64,000 bases of DNA from positions 5,360 through 69,359 of the forward strand of contig NW_021836158.1 in assembly GCF_006345805.1 (NCBI RefSeq), in the 5' to 3' direction. The notes under the pieces were generated by a model. That model was not told where the DNA came from. It made no database searches and saw nothing but the letters and a program-made list of their open reading frames with translations. The position numbers and the translations under genes were made by a program. Every line of letters begins with the position of its first letter. The stretch's first letter is position 1. Positions 62,948-64,000 of this stretch are shown piece after piece. The stretch is from Octopus sinensis (Eukaryota).

Positions 62948-63424
62948 TACTTTTTACGAGTATAATCTGCATTTTCTTCCCAAAATTTAAAGGTCAAAAT
63001 CCCTAGTGTGTACTATATATGAGGTTAAAAATGCTATTTTCTAAGCAATGTCCGAGTCTCTATTTGCTGTCTGGCAATGTTTATTCAGATGCATTTTGTG
63101 ATGTCAGATGCAAAAATACCTTAAGCTAAGCCTGAAAGCAATGAAGTCATAAAAGACTCTTCCATAACTTGCAATAAGCAGCATTTATTAAACGTCATTA
63201 CTGTTATTTCTTTATTTTCTACAAACAAAATGCACAAAAAAGCTACACGTTTGCATTGTTATATGTACAATAATAATAAAGGACATTACTGTATACGTTT
63301 TTACAAACCAAAGACGTTATATAGACCTCCTTGACTCAAGGTTTAGGTTTTTCAGAGGTACAGCCCCCTAAAAATCCCCTGCGTATTATACTCAAGGGCA
63401 GACTATACTAGAGGATTTACGGTA
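62948..63424. mobile_element. Non-autonomous pogo/Tigger-type Tc1-mariner element
   Basis: Right end GCGTATTATACTCAAGGGCAGACTATACTAGAGGATTTACGG-TA, with a degenerate inverted left end ..ACGAGTATAATCTGCA. Confidence 0.55.
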
Positions 63425-63436
63425 AATAATCTCTCT

Positions 63437-63772
63437 CATCTGGCACCTGTGTCGGTGGCACATAAAAAACACCATCTGAGCGTGGCCGTTCGCCAGCCTC
63501 GTCTGGCACCTGTGTCGGTGGCACATAAAAAACACCATCCGAGCGTGGCTGTTCGCCAGCCTCGTCTGGCACCTGTGTCGGTGACACATAAAAAGCACCC
63601 ACTACACTCATGGAGTGGTTGGCGTTAGGAAGGGCATCCAGCTGTAGAAACACCGCCAGATATGACTGGCCTGGTGCAGCCTTCGGGCTTCCCAGACCCC
63701 AGTTGAACCGTCCAACCCATGCTAGCATAGAAAGCGGACGTTAAACGATGATGATGATGATGATGATGATTC
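63437..63772 (+). mobile_element. RTE LINE 3' end with 63-bp internal modules
   Basis: TCTGGCACCTGTGTCGGTG at 63439, 63502 and 63565, then the terminal module and (GAT)n. Confidence 0.88.
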
Positions 63773-64000
63773 TAGATATGTTAAAGGCTTTCCAAGTCAC
63801 TACCTGCATTTTTTTTTTCTCAGTAGTTGAGGTAGACCAGGTGAATGACATAAATGAATGAGAAGTAAACAAACAAGCAATAAGCTTAACATTAGAATCA
63901 AACTCAAAGCTGATCATTTGATTTTGAGGACAATGACACAGGCAATCTCCTGACAAATAAGTTCAGATAATAAAATTTTTGAGAATTACTCACTATTTTT

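Overview
AT-rich, repeat-saturated animal genomic DNA. The SINE/LINE families and the TA/CA/TACA microsatellites look like Octopus (coleoid cephalopod); this is my recognition from memory, not a database result. I cannot support any intact protein-coding gene, tRNA, rRNA or CRISPR array. Nearly all long ORFs in the track are microsatellite read-through or decayed transposon fragments. The window holds: several tRNA-derived SINE families (many nested, several with intact TSDs); LINE fragments of the CR1, RTE, RTE-BovB (three C-terminal C2H2 fingers) and R4/Dong clades; decayed Tc1, mariner, maT-like, rosa-like and hAT transposases; piggyBac-type and pogo-type MITEs; two Helitron-type elements; and several minisatellites. 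The signal not explained by these is a set of minimal type I hammerhead-ribozyme-like motifs (CUGANGA/helix II/GAAA/near-palindromic helix III/UH/helix I) in about six unrelated repeat families. Three families occur as outward-facing inverted pairs (18.6-19.1 kb, 38.3-39.7 kb, 45.6-46.0 kb). One occurs as a young ~430-bp tandem array with one motif per monomer and a U3-A8 compensatory core, plus a near-identical inverted copy 3.6 kb away. This resembles Penelope-like terminal repeats or a retrozyme system. Folds were done by eye and catalytic activity is untested.
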